The notes under the pieces are model-generated. The model did not search any database. It was given only the letters and a program-made list of their open reading frames with translations, and had not been told where the DNA came from. Made by a program: the position numbers and the translations under genes. Below, piece by piece: positions 13,915 through 27,404 of a DNA stretch of 64,000 nt (position 1 is the stretch's first letter; each line of letters starts with the position of its first letter). The DNA is from Eledone cirrhosa. Taxonomy: Eukaryota. Where the stretch lies: NCBI GenBank assembly GCA_964016885.1, contig OZ024766.1, positions 15,314,001 through 15,378,000 on the forward strand, written 5' to 3'.

Positions 13915-16900
13915 ATCACCTTGACCGACCAGTCTGTCGGGCGTCCATTCGGCGCCGCTGGTCACAGCACGCCGTCCATTCCTCTCTGGATTGTGCTTTC
14001 CTCATCCATGTAGTCCCAATCATATTCCTAAAATGATCTGCCACCTTCATGGAGGCCTTCCGAGTGGTCGCTTCCACTCGCACGGGTACCACTCCGCAAC
14101 TGCGCAGGTCCAGCGATTATCGGTGAACCGGGCGACGTGTCCAGCCCATCTGAACTTGCTGCGTATATATTGCGCGATGACGTCCCTCACGTCGGACTTC
14201 TGTCTGATGACTTCGCGCCTGATGTGCTCTCTCAACGAGATTCCTAGCATTGATCTCTCCATGGCTCTTTGAGCCGTTACCAGCCTCTGCTCTTCTCTCT
14301 TCGTTGTAGCCCAAGTTTCACTGCCATATAACTTTGTAGGTAAAACTGTGCTATTGAAGAAGTTGGCTTGGGCGATCTTGTCTAACCTCCCCTTGAGCAC
14401 ATCCCTTATGCCGCTGAACACCTTCCATCCGGCCTTTACTCTCTGCGAGATCAGCCTCTCAATGTCTCAGAGCATGTTCACTTCTTGTCCTAGGTAGACG
14501 TATTCCTCCACCTCCTCTATTTCATCACCGCCAACCACCATTCGACCTGTTGGTATGTTGTCGGACCACATGAAGTTCATTTTCATGCTGTTCATCTTGA
14601 GGCCTACTGCAGAGCTTTTGATGTCGAGCTCCGTCAGCATGGTCTGAAGCCGATCCGTGGTTTCAGCGATGAGTACAATGTCATCAGCGAAACGGAGGTG
14701 GGTAAGTATCTCCCCATTGATGGTGACACCGCCTTGCCAGTCAATGCCTCTGATGATCTGCTCGAGACACGCGGTGAAAACTTTTGGAGAGATCGTATCT
14801 CTTTGCTTCACTCCCTTCTCGACCGGCACTCGTACGGGTGATGACAGCAGAGCTGTGTCGGTGGTGCATCCGGAATTCGCCTCCTTGAGCAGTTGAACGT
14901 ATTGCGCCTCGACTCCTTGCCTCTGCAGCGAGTTCAGCACTGCGTTGATTTCGACGCTGTCGAAGGCCTTCTTGTAGTCTACGAACGCGACGCAAAGAGG
15001 CATCTTGTACTCTTTTGCTTGCTCAAGCAGTTGTGTCAGAGTAAATATGTGGTCCATCGTGCTGTAGTTCTTCTGGAAGCCGGCTTGCTCTTTCGGTTGC
15101 GGTTCGTCCAGATGATGTGATAACCTGTTCAGGATTATCTTCGTGAACAGCTTGTACACGTGAGACAGCAGGAATATGGGTCAGTAGTTCTTCAGATCTT
15201 CTCTATCGCCCTTCTTTTATAGCAGGATGGTATTCGACTCTTTCCACTGCGAGGGTATTCTTCCCTCGTCCAGATCGTGTGTGAATCGCTCGGCGAGGAT
15301 TTCCAGAGCTGCTCTCCGCCTGACTTCAACACCTCCGATGTTATTCCGTCTTTCCCTGGCGCCTTTCCGCTTTTCATTACACCGACGGCTCTTTCGACCT
15401 CACCGACAAGGATGGGTGGCACATTTTCTTCCTGTTGGAGTGACGGCAACGGCTGCACATTCCCGGCAGACTTGAAGAGCTTGGTGTAGAAGTCTTCGTA
15501 AATCTTTTCCATCTCATTCTTGTCGCTGACCGGTACTCCAGCTGTGTTCTTCAGGGTCGTCACCTTCGATCTGTACATTGCCATGTCCGTCTCGCATTTC
15601 TTGAGGCTCTTCTTTTCCTCTGCGGCCTTCAGGAGCTTCCCCATCCGGTATGCCTCGAAGTCTCTCTTCAGTTGACGTATCACTCTGCTGAGAAGGGAAT
15701 ATTCGAGGTGATTTTCAGGTGTCCTCTTCATAATCTTCCTCTTCTCAAGCAACTTCATAGTTTCCTCCCAGACTCTTCCCTTCCGCTCCTTCGGGAACAC
15801 ACCCTTAGCCTTCCTCAAGCACTCCTTCAGTTTCCTTACCAGTGAGTCGTAGTCAGCGTCTATGCCGTCTCCTTTACACCACTTTTCCTGCATGATGGCT
15901 TCCTGCTGCTGCGCCTCGTTGAAGACCCAGACGCATTCTCCCTTTGCCGCTAAATGCAGCGCCTTCTTCTCCCTCGTCCGATCGATGACGACCTTCGCCC
16001 TCACCAGACGATGATCACTGCCAGTGTTAAATGGCGTTATGACGGAGACGTCCTGCAGTATACGTGGCTTGTCGACCAGGATGTAGTCGATCTCGTTTCC
16101 GTGCTCAGAATTTAGCGATACCCAGGTCCATCTTTTCTCCTCCTTCTTCCTGAATAGGCTGTTTCCGATGTAGAGCCGTCTCATCTCCGCCATGGTGACC
16201 AGACACTCTCCTCTCTCATTTCGATATCCCAGGCCGAATTTTCCTACATACTCTTCCCCTTGCCGTCCCTGTCCGACCTTTGCGTTGAAGTCTCACATCA
16301 CGACGGTGTAAGTGGACTTCACAGCTAGCACTTTGTCTAGCTGGCGATAGAATTCTTCCACTTCCTCGTCGTCGCTGGCATTTGTGGGAGCGTAGGTCTG
16401 GATGATCTTGAGGGTGGCCTTCCCTGAGAGGTTTACGTTCAGTACACCAATCCGTGACGATATGAACTGGCAAGAAGCGACCTTCGAAGCCCATTCCTTG
16501 CTTACGATAAACCCTATACCAATCTGGCATCCTCTGCTTTCCCGAGTCTCACGGCGCATCCATCTTGCCATCGGGAATTCTCCTCCTTCTTCTGGCGGGT
16601 CTCGCACAGCCCTAACACGTCCCACCTGATCTTCTTCTTCTCCTCCATTAGGTGGTTCAGTCCTTGCCCCCCCCCCCCCCCCTGCCAAAGACCTGGAGTT
16701 GTATGTGCATATGGCAAGGTTAGTCCTGTTCCATGGCGGCCTTCGGGAACCTGTGATTTTTAGCAGCCTCTCGTCGCTCGGGTCGCACTCCGCCGTCATG
16801 GAGCAGCCCGATTGACTCGCAGGGTACTGAGGCCCTTTTCTTCGTGCTGTTTTAACCATAAGATGACGCCATCCCATTGGCTGGGCGGGCAGGCCGGTAC
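13915..16900 (-). mobile_element. Decayed RTE-1-like LINE (APE + RT), GC-rich, a third RTE family
   Basis: Frameshifted pieces: TYNSRSL, LGLCETR, QTYAPT, NEIDYIL, GSDHRLV, KAPGKDGI, EQAGF, FVDYKKAFDSV, LRFADDIVL, WAGHVAR...KRPLGRPP. The 5' limit is approximate. Confidence 0.88.
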
Positions 16901-16981
16901 CTCTTCAGTTTAGCTAGCTTTTGAACTCTAGAAGATGATGAATCATCTCTAGGACCCAATTCGGGTCAAACAAATAAAAAA

Positions 16982-17012
<31 letters not shown>

Positions 17013-17029
17013 CATATACTTGGGGAGGT

Positions 17030-17152
17030 TCATATTGTTGTAATAATGTTGCCAGAAATAATAACAGAACACACTCACTGTTTGGTTGGTTTTCGCTTCT
17101 GTATCTTTTATATCTCCATAGTTAATTTATTTGGCAATCAAAGAACTTTGTT

Positions 17153-17217
<65 letters not shown>

Positions 17218-17351
17218 CTGTATATTTAACCATTGGTCAATCAATGCCAAATAAATTAACTATGGAGATATAAAAGATACAGAAGCGAAAACCAACCAAA
17301 CAGTGAGTGTGTTCTGTTATTATTTCTGGCAACATTATTACAACAATATGA
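17030..17351. repeat. 107-bp inverted repeat with a (TA)n-containing spacer
   Basis: Arm 17030-17136 is the reverse complement of 17245-17351. Confidence 0.9.
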
Positions 17352-17352
17352 C

Positions 17353-17355
<3 letters not shown>

Positions 17356-17405
<50 letters not shown>

Positions 17406-17423
17406 CTATACATATATATATAT

Positions 17424-17489
<66 letters not shown>

Positions 17490-17541
17490 CTATACATATA
17501 TATATATATATATATATATCTATACATATATATATATATAT

Positions 17542-17598
<57 letters not shown>

Positions 17599-17610
17599 TC
17601 TATACATATA

Positions 17611-17641
<31 letters not shown>

Positions 17642-17664
17642 TTATATATATATATATCTATACA

Positions 17665-17714
<50 letters not shown>

Positions 17715-17719
17715 CATAC

Positions 17720-17786
<67 letters not shown>
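17356..17786. repeat. (TA)n / TACA compound microsatellite
   Basis: Directly visible; similar tracts at 22877-23008 and 26437-26526. Confidence 0.95.
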
Positions 17787-20700
17787 CATCATCATCATCA
17801 TCATCACCGTTTTACGTCCGTTCTTCCACGCTAGCATGGGTTAGACGGGTTGTCCTGTTGTGGGCAGTGTCTGGTCGGCTGACCATGCCTTGCTCATACA
17901 GGAACTGATCTGGCTTGATTTCTACAGCTGGATGCCCTTCCTAACACCAACCTCATTTACAGTGAGTGCTGGGTGCTTTTTCGTGGCGCCTACACGTCCA
18001 CTTTACAGTGTGGGCTGGGTGCTTTTTTGCCGTGGCACCTCCACGACCACCTTGCGGTGGGGGGGGGGGGCATATTGTTTATATGCTTCAGCATGTACCC
18101 ATGGGAGGTCGGGTACCCTGTATTACTGCGTGACGCCAGAAGTCACGGTCGTGTGTCATTGACTTTGAGAGGTGTAGTTGGGTAAGGTCGGCTCTTATCA
18201 CCTCATCCCAAGTCATCTTGGGTCTCCCCACTCCGCGGTTTCCATCAACTTCTAGTGCTCTGCACCTTTTTATGCAGCTGTCATCCTTCATACGCATCAC
18301 ATGTCCATACCAGCGTAACCGCCTCTCCTGCACGCAGCATTTGATTCCTCTTATGCTCAGTCTCTCTCTCAATTCATTTATGCTTTGTCGTTCACGTATA
18401 TTACTGTTACACATCCATCGGAGCATGCAGGCTTCGTTTCTCTCTAATCTACGTAAGTCTTCCACCTTCAGCGCCCAGGTCTCACTACCATGCAACATCG
18501 CTGTTCGGATACACGCATCATACAGTCTGCCTTTCATTCTGAGGGAGAAGCCTTTTGCAGCTAGCAGTGGTAGTAGTTCCCTAAACTTCTTCCATCCCGT
18601 TCTTACCCTAGTTATTGTACTTTCTGAGCACCCACCTCCGTTGCTAATTCGGTCACCTAGGTAGCAGAAGCTGTCTACTGTTTCTACAGGGCCCTCCCAG
18701 AGATTGGTGGTACTTGTTTCCTGTGGCTGTTTGCTTGCTGTTTCAGCACAGCTGCTGCATGTGAATCCTACATTCTTAATTAAGCTTCCTGAGATCCCGC
18801 TACATCTCTTGTGTACCCATTGTTTGCATTTGGGGCAAAGAATGGAGTTCCTACCTACACCTTTCCTACATACTGAGCAAGGCCATTTCCCTGAGGGGAT
18901 CTGGGTTCTGTTTTCTCGTCTACTTATAAGGACCTTAGTCTTTGTCATGTTGACTTTGAGGCCCTTTCTCTCTAGTCCCTGCTTCCAGGTTTGGAATTTA
19001 TTCTCTAGTTCTACCATAGATTCAGCTATGAGTGCGAGGTCATCAGCATACAGGAGTTCCCATGGGCATCCGGTCTTAAACTCCTCCGTTATTGCCTGCA
19101 GGACTATGATGAACAGGAGAGGGCTAAGAACAGAGCCCTGGTGGACCCCAACCTGTACGCTAAATTCCTCGCTATACTCATTGCCAATCCTAACTTTGCT
19201 GACTGCTCCCCTATACATGGCTTGTACCGCTTTCACAAGCCATTCATCTACTCCTAGTTTTCTAAGAGCCCACCAGATTACTGCACGTGGAACTCTGTCA
19301 AAGGCTTTCTCAAGGTCGACAAATGCCAAGTAGAGTGGCTTACTTTTAGCTAGGTACTTTTCCTGTAATTGCCTCACAAGGAAGAGCGCATCAGTGGTGC
19401 CTTTCCCTGGAACAAACCCAAATTGCATCTCGTCTATATTCGCCCGGTCCCTAATCAGCTGTGCTATAACTCTTTCTGTTACTTTCATGACCTGGTCCAT
19501 CAACTTTATACCTCTATAGTTTCCTCTATCTAGTGCATCGCCTTTACCTTTGTAGCAGTTGACAATGATGCTACTGCACCAATCTTTTGGTATGGCCCCC
19601 TCTAGTATTACCTGGTTAACGATACGTGTGGTTATAGTGTGACCTACAGACCCAGATGCCTTCAGCATCTCGGCAGCTATACCCGATGGACCGGTTGCCT
19701 TCCCTATCTTCATATCTCTGATTGCCTTACTTACTACGCTGCCGCTGACTTGTACTGCTGGTCCCTCTATAGGGTCTACGTGGGGTAGGGTCTCTTCTTC
19801 CCATGCATTCTCCTCATTTAGTAATCTATCATAATGACTCTTCCATGCATCTTTCTTCTCAGCACTTGTGAGGGCAAGCTCACCTTTATCATTCCGGATA
19901 CACTTCTCTCCAATGACATCACAACTATCTCTGACACACTGCCTCGCAATCTTGAATACCTCCTGTTTCTGGTCCTCACGTTGTAAAACATGCTTGAATT
20001 TTCTATCCTCTGCTTCCCTCCTAGCTAAGTATACTTGTCGCCTAGCTTCCCTCTTGGTCTCTATGTAATGTACCCTGCTCCCCCCGTTCTTCCATTCTTT
20101 CCATGCCTGTCTCTTGGCCTTGACTGCTTCATCTACCTTATTGTTCCACCACCAAGTCACTCTCCTCCTGCTTGAGGTCTTACTCCAGCCACAAACCTCA
20201 TCCGTCGCCTCTAGTAAGTTATTTTTTAGGAACTCCCAGTTCTCTTCTACGTTAAATGTCTCTATCTGTTCTTCTTTACTGTCGTAGGCGTTGAGTAAAA
20301 TATCTTTAAATCTGTTACTGGTTGAGGGGACTTTCAGCTTCCAGACCTTTCTTCTCCAGGTTGGCCTCTGTTTCAGGGCTCGTCTAGTTCTGACCGTGAG
20401 GTCGCTGACAACTAAGCTATGTTGGGATGTACATTCCTCACTAGGGAAGGCTTTTGTGTTTACGACCGTCCATCTGTCACGTCCTCTGATGAGAATAAAA
20501 TCTAACTGACTAGAGTGCTCCCCTGATCTATAGGTGATCAGGTGGTTGTCGGGTTTTTTAAAGTTTGTGTTACATATCGACATGTCATTGGCGTCGCAGA
20601 ATTCTAGAAGTCTGAATCCTTCCTCATTCCTTGTGCCAACTCCATGGCCTCCATGTACTCTATTGAAGCCGTCGCAGTGTTTACCTACGTGTCCGTTAAA

Positions 20701-21460
20701 ATCTCCTGCAATGATTAGGAAGTCCTTGTCGTCTGTTAGAGCAGTAGTGTGTATTAGGGACTCGTAAAACCTATCCTTAAGTTCGTCTGGCAGCCCCGAT
20801 TGGGGTGCGTAAGCTGATATTATTGTGGTAATTGTCTTATTCAGGACTAGTCTGAGTTTAATGATTCTTGCATTTACCCTGTACACTGAGATTACTTTAT
20901 CTACCCACTTGTCAGCTAATAGTATACCTACACCACCCATCCCATCGTCATTTCCCACCCAGAAAAATTTGTAGCACTGGCTTTTTCCTACAAGGACTCT
21001 AGCAGACCCTCCTCTCCATCTAGTCTCTTGCACACAGCATACATCAACTTCCTTTCGCTCTAGCATTTCTACGATTTCTCCTGCTCTTCCTTTCATTGAG
21101 CCTACATTGATGGTACCAACTCGGAGTTTTGGGCATTTGTCGACACTCGTAGGGGAGGGTCTCTGGGTTGGCGCTTCACGTGGGTGCTTGGTAGCTCGCA
21201 GATTCATATTTCATCTATTGATTCAGAGTTGCTCGTGTATTCCCAGCTCATCCATCCATAACGGTGGGAAAATTGAGGGCTAGAAGGACAGTGGTGGTGG
21301 GGTAATGGCAGGGTGTGTTGGGATGCGCCAGAGGAGGAGATTAGTTAGGCAGGTAGTAGCAGCAGCAGCAGTGGAAATGGCATGCTAGGTTTGATTGGTC
21401 GAATAGACTATGGTGGTGTGTGGGGGTGGGGGGGAGGGAAATTGTGAGGTAGGAACTGAG
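17787..21460 (-). mobile_element. RTE LINE family A, apparently full length
   Basis: Intact ORF, 3' UTR of about 280 bp and a (GAT)n tail at 17787-17806. The 5' boundary is uncertain. Confidence 0.92.
18088..21207 (-). CDS. RTE polyprotein: AP endonuclease + reverse transcriptase with internal PHD-like zinc finger (1039 aa)
   Basis: GTINVGS, CVQETRW, SAYAPQ, GDFNGHVG, SQLDFIL, SQHSLV (APE); QFGF, FVDLEKAFDRV, GVHQGSVLSPLLF, LLYADDL (RT); C4HC3 finger; RRLRWYGHVMR. No internal stops. Confidence 0.95.
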   Translation of the reverse strand: MNLRATKHPREAPTQRPSPTSVDKCPKLRVGTINVGSMKGRAGEIVEMLERKEVDVCCVQETRWRGGSARVLVGKSQCYKFFWVGNDDGMGGVGILLADKWVDKVISVYRVNARIIKLRLVLNKTITTIISAYAPQSGLPDELKDRFYESLIHTTALTDDKDFLIIAGDFNGHVGKHCDGFNRVHGGHGVGTRNEEGFRLLEFCDANDMSICNTNFKKPDNHLITYRSGEHSSQLDFILIRGRDRWTVVNTKAFPSEECTSQHSLVVSDLTVRTRRALKQRPTWRRKVWKLKVPSTSNRFKDILLNAYDSKEEQIETFNVEENWEFLKNNLLEATDEVCGWSKTSSRRRVTWWWNNKVDEAVKAKRQAWKEWKNGGSRVHYIETKREARRQVYLARREAEDRKFKHVLQREDQKQEVFKIARQCVRDSCDVIGEKCIRNDKGELALTSAEKKDAWKSHYDRLLNEENAWEEETLPHVDPIEGPAVQVSGSVVSKAIRDMKIGKATGPSGIAAEMLKASGSVGHTITTRIVNQVILEGAIPKDWCSSIIVNCYKGKGDALDRGNYRGIKLMDQVMKVTERVIAQLIRDRANIDEMQFGFVPGKGTTDALFLVRQLQEKYLAKSKPLYLAFVDLEKAFDRVPRAVIWWALRKLGVDEWLVKAVQAMYRGAVSKVRIGNEYSEEFSVQVGVHQGSVLSPLLFIIVLQAITEEFKTGCPWELLYADDLALIAESMVELENKFQTWKQGLERKGLKVNMTKTKVLISRRENRTQIPSGKWPCSVCRKGVGRNSILCPKCKQWVHKRCSGISGSLIKNVGFTCSSCAETASKQPQETSTTNLWEGPVETVDSFCYLGDRISNGGGCSESTITRVRTGWKKFRELLPLLAAKGFSLRMKGRLYDACIRTAMLHGSETWALKVEDLRRLERNEACMLRWMCNSNIRERQSINELRERLSIRGIKCCVQERRLRWYGHVMRMKDDSCIKRCRALEVDGNRGVGRPKMTWDEVIRADLTQLHLSKSMTHDRDFWRHAVIQGTRPPMGTC

Positions 21461-21461
21461 G

Positions 21462-23001
<1,540 letters not shown>

Positions 23002-23008
23002 CATATAT

Positions 23009-26000
23009 ATCATCATCATCATCATCGTTTAACGTCCGTGTTCCATGCTTGCATGGGTTTGGACGCGAGTTTTCCCACTTGAGGCAAGAGTGGTTGTCTT
23101 GCTCGCATAGGACTGTCTGGCGGGTTTTCTACAGCTGGATGCCCTTCCTAACACCAACCACATTTACAGTGTGGACTGGGAGGTTTTTACCGTGTTGCCT
23201 ACACGGTCACATTACAGCGTGGACTGTGTGTTTTTTTTTGTCGTGACACCTACACGACCTCATTTGTTTCGGCCTGGATTTTGTGGCACCAACATAACTG
23301 TACATTGAAAGGGGTGGTGTGGATGGGGTGGTGGTGGTGGGACGGGGGTGTATTTTGTTAGAGATGCCTACTGACTGTAGTAGGTTTTACTTTGTATTTA
23401 GGTAACGCGGGTCTTCTCTATTACTGAGTACCGCCAAAGCTCTCGGTCCAGTGACATTGTCTTGGAGAGGTGTAAGTGTGTGAGGTCGGAATTTATCAGC
23501 TCGTCCCAGGTTTTTCTGGGTCTGCCTACTCCGTGGCTACCGTCTATTTTTATTGCCCTGCACTTTGCTATACAGCTGTCGTCTTTCATGCGCATCACGC
23601 GACCATACCAACGTAGCCTTCTCTCGAGTAAACAACATCTGATCCCTCTTATTTCTAATTTTTTCCTTAGTTGGTTTATGCTTTGCCGTTCGCGTATATT
23701 ACTATTACACATCCAGCGGAGCATGCAAGCTTCGTTCCTCTCTAGTCTGCGTATATCCTCTGCACACAATGCCCAGGTCTCACTGCCATGCGACATTGCT
23801 GTTCGTATGCAGGCATCATACAACCTGCCTTTCATTTTTTGGGAGAACCCTTTAGCGGCTAATAGTGGTATAAGCTCTCTGAACTTTTTCCATCCAGTTC
23901 GGACTCTAGCTACTGTACTTTCAGAGCACCCTCCCCCACTGCTGATTTTGTCACCCAGGTAACGGAAGCTGTCCACTATTTCTATAGAACCTTCTGCGCA
24001 GTTGAAAGAGCTAGTATTTTGTGGGCACTTGCTGCTACTTATTGCACCAGAGCACCGGCCACATGTAAAATCTGTGTTCTTCGTTAGCTTACCTGTGATC
24101 CCACTACATCTTTTATGCACCCATACTTTGCATTTGGGACATAAAATGGAGTTTCTACCTACGCCTTTCCTACACACTGAGCATGGCCATTTCCCGGAAG
24201 GGACCGGCGCCTTATTTTCTTTCCTACAAACTAGAACTTTAGTCTTAGCCATGTTAATTTTAAGGCCTTTTGATTCTAGGCCGTGCTTCCATGTTTGGAA
24301 TTTCTTCTCTAGCTCGGCCATTGATTCAGCTATGAGCGTTAGGTCATCTGCGTATAGGAGTTCCCATGGGCAGCCGGTCTTGAACTCCTCTGTTATAGCC
24401 TGAAGAGCAATAATGAATAGTAGGGGGCTAAGAACAGAGCCCTGATGGACACCAACTTTTACGCTAAACTCTTCACTATATTCGTTGTTAATTCTAACCT
24501 TGCTCACTGTTTCTTTATACATGGCTTGTATAGCTCTCACAAGCCATTCGTCAACACCTAGTTTTCTAAGAGCCCACCATATAATAGAATGGGGGACTCT
24601 GTCGAAGGCTTTCTCCAAGTCGACAAAGGCTAAGTATAGGGGTTTACTTTTAGTTAGGTACTTCTCCTGTAGTTGTCGTACAATGAAAAGAGCGTCTGTG
24701 GTACATTTGCCTGACATAAACCCGAACTGCATTTCATCTAGATCGATTCTCTCTCTCATTAGTTGCACTATTACTTTTTCCGTGACCTTCATGACCTGGT
24801 CGATTAATTTAATCCCTCTATAGTTACTCCTATCTAGGGCGTCTCCTTTACCCTTGTAACAGTTAATGATGATGCTGCTACGCCAGTCCTTCGGAACAAC
24901 CCCATTCTGTATGACTTGGTTTACTACCCGGGTGACCATGGTGTGTCCCACCGTTCTAGAAGCCTTCAGCATCTCAGCAACTATTTCCGAAGGCCCAGCC
25001 GCCTTACCCGTCTTCATATCTTTGCTTGCCTTACTTATTATACTACCTTCAACTAACACTGCTGGTCCCTCTATTGGATCGGTCTGGGGGAGACTATCCT
25101 TCTCCCATTTATTCTCCTCATTTAGTAGCCTCTCGTAGTGACACTTCCAAGCGACCTTCTTATCAGCGTCAGTGATGGCGAGTACGCCATCATCATTTAG
25201 TACACACTTCTCCCCAACAATAAAACGGTTTTCCTTAACACATTGCCTAGCAATCCTGAACACCTCACGTTTTTGGTCCTCGCGTTGTAGAACATGCTTG
25301 AACTTTCTTTCCTCTGCTTCCCTTCTTGCGAAGTACACTTGTCTCCTAGCTTCCCTCCTGGCCACTTGATAGTCTTCTCTACTTCCCCCATCCCGCCATG
25401 TTTTCCAAACCTGCTTTTTGGCCTTAATTGACTCCTTCACCTTACTGTTCCACCACCATGTTACTCTCCTCCTGCCTATAGGCCTGCTCCGGCCACAGAC
25501 TTCATCTGCCGCCAGCAGCAGGTTTGCTTTCAGGAATTCCCACTGTTCCTCTATATTGTCCGACTCTAAATGTTCTTCCTTACTGTCGAAAGCATCAAGT
25601 AATATGCTTTGAAATTTATTTCTGGCTGTGGGGTCCTTTAGCTTCCATATTTTTCTCTTGAGGATAGTCCTCTTCTGCTGTCGAGTACGTCTCGTCCTGA
25701 CTATGAGGTCGCTAATTATCAGTCTACGTTGGGAGGTGCATTCTTCATGGGGGAGGGATTTAGTGTTTACAACAGTCACTCTGTCACGTCTTCTGGTAAG
25801 GATATAATCTACCTGGCTTGTGTGTTCCCCGGATCTATAGCTGATCAGGTGATTGTCTCGTTTTTTTAAGTTAGTGTTACAGATAGTTAGGTTATTTGCG
25901 TCACAGAATTCCAGGATTCTGGAACCTTCCTCATTTCTAGTACCAAACCCATAGCCTCCATGGATTTCATCATAGCCGTCACAATGTTGTCAAACGTGAC

Positions 26001-26436
26001 CATTTAGGTCGCCAGCAATAATTATATAGTCACTGTCGGTTATTTGGGAGGTAGTGAGCATCAGTGTCTCATAGAAAGTGTCCTTTATAGCGCCAGGCAG
26101 TCCGGATTGGGGCGCGTACGCAGATATTATCGTCACAGTAGTTCTATTTAGAACAAGTCTTATTTTAATTATTCTGTCATTCACTCTATTTACGTCTATT
26201 ATCTTATCCACCCATTTTTCTGCTAACATGATTCCTACCCCACCCAGCCCATTGTCATTTCCCACCCAGAAAAGCTTATAGCATCGTTTTTTACCCACAA
26301 TGAATCTAGCAGACCCGCCCCTCCACCTGGTCTCTTGGATGCGGCAGACATCAACCTCCTTACGTTCAAGCATTTCTACAACCTCGTTTGAGAGGCCTTT
26401 TAAGGTCCCTACATTCATGGTACCTACATTCATGGT
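23009..26436 (-). mobile_element. RTE LINE family B, nearly full length, one premature stop
   Basis: ORF 23398-25779 is in frame with the APE part 25990-26430, separated by a TGA after GDLNGHV. It has the C4HC3 finger, a (GAT)n tail and (TA)n on both sides. Confidence 0.92.
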
Positions 26437-26439
26437 ATG

Positions 26440-26526
<87 letters not shown>

Positions 26527-27404
26527 GAGGGTGTTAAAGTTTGCTTGAAGCATTGTGAAATGTGTAAAATACGTATTTAAGAAAGCCACAACAATGCAGA
26601 GGGAAATCTCGAGGTAGGAAGTGAAAGATAAATAGGAAAAACAGGTGAAAGTGAAAATTGAGAGAGACAAAGATGAAAACAAAACAAAGGTAGAAGGGTT
26701 ACCATAGTAGAGATTTAATCCCAATATTTCGGACTCACGCCCATCAACGGGGGAAAGTTCCAAAAGGGGGGGGGGGGGGAAACAGGCCAAGCGGAGAAAG
26801 TTGTGATGTCGTTAAGACAGGAATGCCGTTATGGGGAGAAAATTATTTAAAATTTAAACGAGGGAAAGAATGCGCGTGCGCGTGATAGGCTGTGGCAAAA
26901 GCTACTGACCAAATGGGTTAAATCAAGAGGGTGCGCTAGCGTGTGAAAGCCGTAAGATATGTGTGTGTAAATATATATGTGTGTGTAACTGTGTGTGTAT
27001 AAGTGTAAGTGTGTATATGTGTGAGTGTGTGTGTGTGTGAAAGATAGTGGGCTGTAGAAGTTGGAAATCAAAGGGTGTGAAAGGTGGTAGGTTGTAAAAT
27101 ATGTGTGCGTGTATAAATATAGATGTGTGTGTGTAAGCGTATGGGTATACATGTGTGTGTAACTGTGTGTGTATATGTGTGAGTGCGTTTGTGTGTGAAA
27201 GATAGTGGGCTGTAGAAGCTGGAAATCAAAGGGTGTGAAAGGTGGTAGGTTGTAAAAACATGTGTGCGTGTATAAATATAGATGTGTGTGTGTGTGCGTA
27301 TGGGTATGCATATACGTGCGTGTGTGTGAAGATAGCAGGCCGTAGGCTGTGAATGGTCACTATGGTTAAGTTAGCCATGTCAGCTCATTTCTCTCAGCCC
27401 AGTT

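Noticed and set aside
18218-20767. Plus-strand ORFs overlapping the RTE (also 23462-25612 and 62211-63985)
   Set aside because: Antisense shadows of the RTE coding frame with no recognisable motifs.
26437-26790. N-terminal extension of ORF 25990-26790
   Set aside because: Read-through across a TA microsatellite and flank; RTE homology begins at MNVGT near 26433.
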